Assembly (NCBI GenBank): GCA_965248435.1 | Contig: OZ252100.1 | Span: 1,824,001 to 1,888,000 of the forward strand | Reading direction: 5' to 3' | DNA: 64,000 bases | DNA from: Candidatus Latescibacterota bacterium | GTDB taxonomy: Bacteria; Latescibacterota; UBA2968; GCA-2709665 | In this document: piece after piece, positions 59,216 through 64,000 of the stretch | How the letters are laid out: each line of letters opens with the position of its first letter | Numbering within the stretch: position 1 is the first letter of the stretch | The notes under the pieces: model-generated | The model's input: only the letters and a program-made list of their open reading frames with translations | The model's database searches: none | What the model was told of the DNA's origin: nothing | Program-made: the position numbers and the translations under genes

Positions 59216-59830
59216 GTGTCCGACACTCTCCTGAATCTCCAACTCGATCAGATCGACCAGCGAAGTTTGCCGCTTCGTCAACGATTGGGTAGCAGCGAAC
59301 TCGAAGAGCTGAAACGATCCATCCAACGATATGGCGTCATCGAACCCGTTGTCGTTGCCCAGTCAGAGTCAGGCTACAAGCTCGTTGTCGGCAGAAGAAG
59401 ATTTGAGGCGTGCCGACTTCTCGGGCTGGAGACCATTCCCGCGATCGTACGAAAGATGTCCGACGAGCGGGGCCGCGAACTCTCTTATCAGTCAAACCTT
59501 CAGAGTGAGATGCTCAATCTGGCCGACGAGGTCGAATTCCTTCGTAGCATCGACATATTCCACCTACCCGATGAAGAAATCGCCAGTCGATTTGGCATGT
59601 CCCCCGAGGAAGTCTCCGTGGCGAAACGGTTTAATCGTCTACCGCCCCCGCTTCGGGAGGCCGTGCGCACTGGAGAAATCGATGAACGTCGCGCACTGGC
59701 CTTGACTCGACTCTCAGGTGAGGTCGAGCAGACGCGGTTTTTTCGCTACATCCAGCAAAACGATCCACCTCTGGAAATCTTGGAAAAGAGGATAGACGAA
59801 GCCCGAGACGGGACCGCGGCACATATCTAA
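59216..59830 (+). CDS. ParB/Srx-fold protein with degenerate HTH and no C-terminal domain
   Basis: EL..SI..YGVIEP.VV.......LVVGRRR..A...LG..TIPA.V, SNLQ.E.LN; 204 aa; GTG start. Confidence 0.85.
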   Translation: MSDTLLNLQLDQIDQRSLPLRQRLGSSELEELKRSIQRYGVIEPVVVAQSESGYKLVVGRRRFEACRLLGLETIPAIVRKMSDERGRELSYQSNLQSEMLNLADEVEFLRSIDIFHLPDEEIASRFGMSPEEVSVAKRFNRLPPPLREAVRTGEIDERRALALTRLSGEVEQTRFFRYIQQNDPPLEILEKRIDEARDGTAAHI

Positions 59831-59853
59831 CGTTCAGACAGACTTGCAAGTGT

Positions 59854-59887
59854 AAAGGCCCCGCCGGACTGATCCGGTGGGGCCTTT
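59854..59887 (+). terminator. Intrinsic terminator closing the TPR-actin-ParB cassette
   Basis: AAAGGCCCCGCCGGA/TCCGGTGGGGCCTTT stem. Confidence 0.75.
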
Positions 59888-59920
59888 GCGCTTTTCGCAT
59901 CATCAAACAATCAAACCCCC

Positions 59921-60969
59921 GAGTTCAATAAGGAAGTGCAACACTTAGGGTAGCAACTGTCCTATCCTAAGTGTATGGGAAACAATTACAAGCATCTTAC
60001 GATAGACGAACGCGAGCAGATTGCGCTTTGTCGAGCCACTGGTGCAAGCCTTAGAGATATTGCCAAGGCCCTTGACCGGAGCGCCAGCACGATTTCAAGA
60101 GAGTTGAAACGTAATCCGTCCCCGATAGCTGAGAGTTACTCGGGCCTCCAGGCTCACAGAAGGGCTGAGAAACGTAAGCGGGAGGCCGGCAAGCGGAAAC
60201 GGCTGAAGAATCCGGTTATCCGGCGATATGTCGAGACCAAACTCAAGCAAGGATGGTCTCCCGAGTTGATCGCTGGGAGGCTTCCCGAGGAGCGTCCGAG
60301 CGCGGGTATCAGCCACGAAGCCATCTACCAGTATATCTACGATCCAAAGGTGCACAAGCAGCGGGATCTGGTTGCTTGCTTATCCCGAGCTCACAAAAAA
60401 CGAAAGCCGCGGTGGCATACCCGAAAACACCGGGAAAGCCACATTCCAGGCCGTATTTCGATCGATCGACGTCCCCGTTACATCGAAAAACGGAAACAAC
60501 CTGGCCACTGGGAATCCGACACCATCATCTCTCGTGAGAGCAAACAGGCCGTTGGCGCTTGTCTTGAGCGATCGTCGAGATACCTACACCTGGCTAAGCT
60601 GGCAAAGAACGGACCCTCGGAGGTCGCCGAAGCGATTAATCGACGCCTTGGGCGACATCCTCCCCACATGAGGAAGAGCATCACATATGACAACGGATCC
60701 GAAAACGGCCAACATCAACGGGTCAACGAGGTGCTTGGCACCAAATCCTATTTCTGCAAACCGTTCCACAGCTGGGAGCGAGGCGCTGTGGAAAACGCTA
60801 TCGGTCTGGTCCGCAGATACCTCCCCAAGAAGACAGACTTCTCAAAGGTCAGCAAACACGAGTTAAAGAAAATTCAGAACCGGATCAACAACCGACCAAG
60901 AAAATGTCTTAACTTCAAAACACCAGCTGAAGTCTTCAAGTCCAAGTGTTGCACTTAGTCATTGAATCC
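59921..60969 (+). mobile_element. IS30-family insertion sequence
   Basis: 26-bp imperfect terminal IRs GAGTTCAATAAGGAAGTGCAACACTT / GGATTCAATGACTAAGTGCAACACTT (21/26 identical) flanking the transposase. Exact ends (plus or minus 2-3 bp) and target duplication unresolved. Confidence 0.9.
59975..60958 (+). CDS. IS30-family transposase
   Basis: YKHLT..ER, RSASTISRELKRN, WSPE.I, GHWE.D, ITYDNG.E, WERG..EN, NNRPRK.L.FKTP.E. Confidence 0.96.
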   Translation: MGNNYKHLTIDEREQIALCRATGASLRDIAKALDRSASTISRELKRNPSPIAESYSGLQAHRRAEKRKREAGKRKRLKNPVIRRYVETKLKQGWSPELIAGRLPEERPSAGISHEAIYQYIYDPKVHKQRDLVACLSRAHKKRKPRWHTRKHRESHIPGRISIDRRPRYIEKRKQPGHWESDTIISRESKQAVGACLERSSRYLHLAKLAKNGPSEVAEAINRRLGRHPPHMRKSITYDNGSENGQHQRVNEVLGTKSYFCKPFHSWERGAVENAIGLVRRYLPKKTDFSKVSKHELKKIQNRINNRPRKCLNFKTPAEVFKSKCCT

Positions 60970-60979
60970 AGCACCCTGA

Positions 60980-61930
60980 TTAACCGGCCTCCAATCTGCT
61001 CAGCACTTCACTCATGTCGTCAGGAGTCTCCGCGCGAAATTCGAGATGCTTCTCAGAAATCGGGTGAACAAAACCAAGGGTTTCCGCGTGCAGCATCGTC
61101 CGACCGGCTGCCATCAACAGCTGCCTGGCATCGATCCGAAATCGGGGATCGATTCCCTTGACCCGGACGACCCCGCCCCCATAGACCGTGTCCGAAAAGA
61201 CGGGGTGCCCCAGGTGTGCCAGATGCACACGAATCTGGTGCGTCCTACCGGTCTCGAGTCGCACTTTTAAAAACGAGAGAAAATCGTAACGCCTGGCCAC
61301 TTTGAAACGGGTGGCTGCATGTCGACCTGATTCCCGGACCGAGAGACGCTTTCGGTTTGCAGGGTCACGCCCTATAGGGGCTTCGATTCTTCCCACGTCC
61401 TCCGGAAGATGACCCCAGACGAGCACGCGATACCGTCGAACGACCGTCCGGGCTTCAAGCTGTTTGGAAAGCCCTCGATGGGCTGCATCATCTTTGGCCA
61501 CCACCAAAAGGCCAGACGTCTCTTTGTCCAGACGATGCACAATTCCGGGGCGCAGGACGCCGTTAATACCAGAAAGCTCACGGCAGTGGCCGAGTAGGGC
61601 ATTGACGAGCGTTCCAGAGCGGAGTTTCCCCGCTGGGTGTACGACCATACCGGCGGGTTTGTTGACGACCAGAATGTGTTCATCCTCAAAAAAAATATCC
61701 AGAGGGATTTCCTCTGGATCTGCGGATGCCTTCTCCACGGGGGGAAGTCGGACCTCTATGTGCTCACCGGGTGAAACTCGATAACTCGGCCGAACGGCCC
61801 TCCCATCTACATCTACCTGTCCGCTTTCGATAAGCGCCTGGACACGAGACCGGGAATGGTCCTCACAGACCGAGGCCAGCAGCCTGTCAAGTCGTTCCCC
61901 GCTATCCTCGAGGCGGACCTCCACCTTCAC
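60980..61930 (-). CDS. rluD: RluA-family pseudouridine synthase (RluD-like)
   Basis: S4 domain, VNKPAG.VVHP, HRLDKETSG, ETGRTHQIRVH, LHA..L.F.HP. Confidence 0.93.
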   Translation of the reverse strand: MKVEVRLEDSGERLDRLLASVCEDHSRSRVQALIESGQVDVDGRAVRPSYRVSPGEHIEVRLPPVEKASADPEEIPLDIFFEDEHILVVNKPAGMVVHPAGKLRSGTLVNALLGHCRELSGINGVLRPGIVHRLDKETSGLLVVAKDDAAHRGLSKQLEARTVVRRYRVLVWGHLPEDVGRIEAPIGRDPANRKRLSVRESGRHAATRFKVARRYDFLSFLKVRLETGRTHQIRVHLAHLGHPVFSDTVYGGGVVRVKGIDPRFRIDARQLLMAAGRTMLHAETLGFVHPISEKHLEFRAETPDDMSEVLSRLEAG

Positions 61931-62387
61931 GTTCAGCCTCCTTCTCGCGCCGAAAGAAGCTGAACGCGATCAGCGTGATAACACCTGTTGTAACTGAGAA
62001 ATCGGCCAAGTTGAAAACCCACCACCGGAGACCCCCAAACCCGAAGTCGAGGAAATCGATCACTACGCCGAACCTGACCCGATCCGCGAGATTCCCAATC
62101 GCACCGCCCAGAACGAGGGACAGGCCTGCTACGGACCACCGCTCATCCCCAGGAATCCTCCAGAGCATCACGCCAACCAGGATCAGCGCAGTTCCGGCCA
62201 AAAGCAGATGGAGAAGCTTCCCGCCCAGCGTGAGCCCAAACACCGCGCCCGCATTCTGGACGTAGGTCAGCCGAAAAAAAGAGCCGAGGACAGTTATGGA
62301 CTCCCCTACCGCCATCGACTCTGTGATCAACCATTTGGAGATCTGATCCAGCAATACAACAACGCCTACGATGCAGACTGTCCTCAC
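61902..62387 (-). CDS. lspA: Lipoprotein signal peptidase II
   Basis: DQ.SK, N.GA.FG, GGAIGN.DR, V.DF, FN.AD. Confidence 0.94.
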   Translation of the reverse strand: MRTVCIVGVVVLLDQISKWLITESMAVGESITVLGSFFRLTYVQNAGAVFGLTLGGKLLHLLLAGTALILVGVMLWRIPGDERWSVAGLSLVLGGAIGNLADRVRFGVVIDFLDFGFGGLRWWVFNLADFSVTTGVITLIAFSFFRREKEAEREGGGPPRG

Positions 62388-62440
62388 CCGGCGCTCCTAA
62401 TTCGCAGAATCTTCATGCCTTGCGGGTCGCCCAAAAATGC

Positions 62441-62806
62441 TCAATCCTCATCTGCCTCCTTGCACGGGACGCAGATAGTCGTCGTGGGAACAGCCTCCAA
62501 CCTCTCCTTTGGAATCTTCTGCTCACAGACACGACAAATCCCAAAAGTGCCTTCCTGGACCCTTTTCAAAGCCTCTTCAATCTGCGACAGGTACGCACCA
62601 TCCCGGGATGCGAAGAGAAAGGCTTTTTCCCGCTCAATGGCATCACTACCCAACTCGGGCATGTGGTCTGAATAGATCAAATCCCCGGAAGAATCCGCGG
62701 AGGTCGAATTCATGGATCGCTCTTCTAGCAATCCCAAATCGCGCATAATAGAATGCCGTTTTCCCTCGAGAAGTTTCTTGAATTTCTTCAGATTATACTC
62801 CGTCAT
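62441..62806 (-). CDS. TraR/DksA-family C4 zinc-finger protein
   Basis: Coiled coil with DHMPELGSD tip; FG.C..C...I..ERLEA.P....C..C. Confidence 0.9.
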   Translation of the reverse strand: MTEYNLKKFKKLLEGKRHSIMRDLGLLEERSMNSTSADSSGDLIYSDHMPELGSDAIEREKAFLFASRDGAYLSQIEEALKRVQEGTFGICRVCEQKIPKERLEAVPTTTICVPCKEADED

Positions 62807-64000
62807 TCAGCCTCTCCAAATCCAGATCAACCGGGCTCAGAGAAACCTTTACAGGCTCTCCATTGATCTTGTGCTCCTCTCCCGTTTCCACCTCTCGAGA
62901 GTGCATGGCCAGACAAAGCGTTTCATTCTGAATGTAGTCTGAGTGTCTTCGAATCGCCTGCGATAATCGCTCCGGCGCATCGTACGTGAGCTCGATGCGA
63001 TCCGAAACTTCAAGTCCCGAGTCCTTTCGGAGATTCTGAACGTAATGCACGAACTCCCGTGCGAATCCTTCGTCCCTGAGATCATCGTCCAGTCGAGTGT
63101 CCAGGGCCACCAGCACTTCCTCCCCCCCAGCCACGGACAGACCGTCGCGTGCTCGGACCTCCACGGAGACGTCGTCGGGACCCAGCGTGACCTGCTGACC
63201 GTTCAGTTCGACGGCAACTGAGCCCTCCTGCTCCAAACGCTCCGCTGCGCCCTTTGCGTCCATTTCGCCGAGTGCCGACTTGATCTGCGGAATAAGCTTC
63301 CCATATTTCTGACCGAGGTTTCGAAAACTTGGTTTCAGCGAATAATCTATCAGTAGGTCAGGATCGTCCACGAACGAGAGCGTTTTCACGTTCAATTCCT
63401 GAAGGATTAAATCCTCCAAACGTTTCAAGGCCGCTTTACCTTCTTTTCCAACCCAAACCTCTACGGCTGGAAGGGGCTGTCGCACCTTGAGTCCGGAATC
63501 TGTACGTGCCGAACGTCCCAGGCTGACGACTTTCTTCACAAGTGACATGTCGGCCATAAGCGCCGGGTCAATCAGTTCCTCCGCAGGGTGTGGGAAATCA
63601 CAAAGATGAATGCTTGTGGGTGCATCGGCATCGAAGGAGCGACCGAGGTTCTGGTAGATCTCTTCCGAAAGAAAGGGCAGAAAAGGAGCGAGAATCTTCG
63701 ATACACTGCAGAGAACTTCGTACAATGTCAGATAGGCAGCCTGCTTATCGCTGTCGTTGTCGCTCTTCCAAAACCGCCGACGGTTGAGCCGGACGTACCA
63801 GTTGGAAAGATCATCGAAAAACGTCTCCACCGCCCTCACACCGGGGGGCAGGTTGAACTCCTCAAGACACTTTTCCACGTCCCGAATCGTGACCTGTAAC
63901 CTGGACAATATCCAACGATCCATAACAGCTCTCTGGACGGCCGGATCCGAGGCCGTTGGATCGACGCCGTCCAGCTTTGCGTACTGCACGAAAAAACGGT
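62793..64000 (-). CDS. ileS: Isoleucine--tRNA ligase (type 2), C-terminal part; 5'-truncated by window edge
   Basis: DRWILS, LSNWYVR.NRRRFW, APF.PF, KVRQPL, ELNVK, EG.ARE....Q..RK..G..V.DRI; ileS-dksA-lspA-rluD synteny. Confidence 0.93.
   Translation of the reverse strand, partial: RFFVQYAKLDGVDPTASDPAVQRAVMDRWILSRLQVTIRDVEKCLEEFNLPPGVRAVETFFDDLSNWYVRLNRRRFWKSDNDSDKQAAYLTLYEVLCSVSKILAPFLPFLSEEIYQNLGRSFDADAPTSIHLCDFPHPAEELIDPALMADMSLVKKVVSLGRSARTDSGLKVRQPLPAVEVWVGKEGKAALKRLEDLILQELNVKTLSFVDDPDLLIDYSLKPSFRNLGQKYGKLIPQIKSALGEMDAKGAAERLEQEGSVAVELNGQQVTLGPDDVSVEVRARDGLSVAGGEEVLVALDTRLDDDLRDEGFAREFVHYVQNLRKDSGLEVSDRIELTYDAPERLSQAIRRHSDYIQNETLCLAMHSREVETGEEHKINGEPVKVSLSPVDLDLERLNDGV

Overview
Bacterial chromosomal window, moderately GC-rich and gene-dense. 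Gene content suggests an aerobic diderm of FCB/PVC type (inference only). From left to right it holds: three tandem O-antigen-ligase(Wzy_C)+TPR membrane proteins; a previously uncalled 41-aa membrane ORF; rpsT; a minus-strand sulfur-assimilation cluster (cysC, cysH, cysM, JAMM protease, SDR, bicupin, GGR-like flavoprotein, MoaD/CysO carrier ending GG-RS, Rrf2, cysK); tRNA-Lys; an orphan HlyD; ppdK; parA-parB-ftsY; iscS-mrp-moeB plus two redoxins; groES-groEL with a perfect CIRCE; purF and envelope genes; an NtrC-type regulator; a ~15 kb respiratory cluster (Rieske, split cytochrome b, octaheme cytochrome c, cupredoxin-like protein, aa3-type oxidase, ctaA/ctaB, ABC transporter, SCO); a HEAT protein; a ferredoxin; a four-gene cassette; IS30; and rluD-lspA-dksA-like-ileS. 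Two signals stand out. First, the Rieske protein and the divergently encoded 2x[4Fe-4S] ferredoxin share a 27-aa N-terminal peptide (23/27 identical, with mostly different synonymous codons), which suggests an undescribed docking or targeting tag. Second, the adjacent cassette encodes a MamA-like TPR protein, an acidic Pro/Glu-rich protein, a MamK-like actin (frameshifted at its C-terminus as assembled) and a degenerate ParB-like protein, with no core magnetosome genes in the window. It is a candidate cytoskeletal positioning system. All family calls come from motif recognition by eye; no searches were run.
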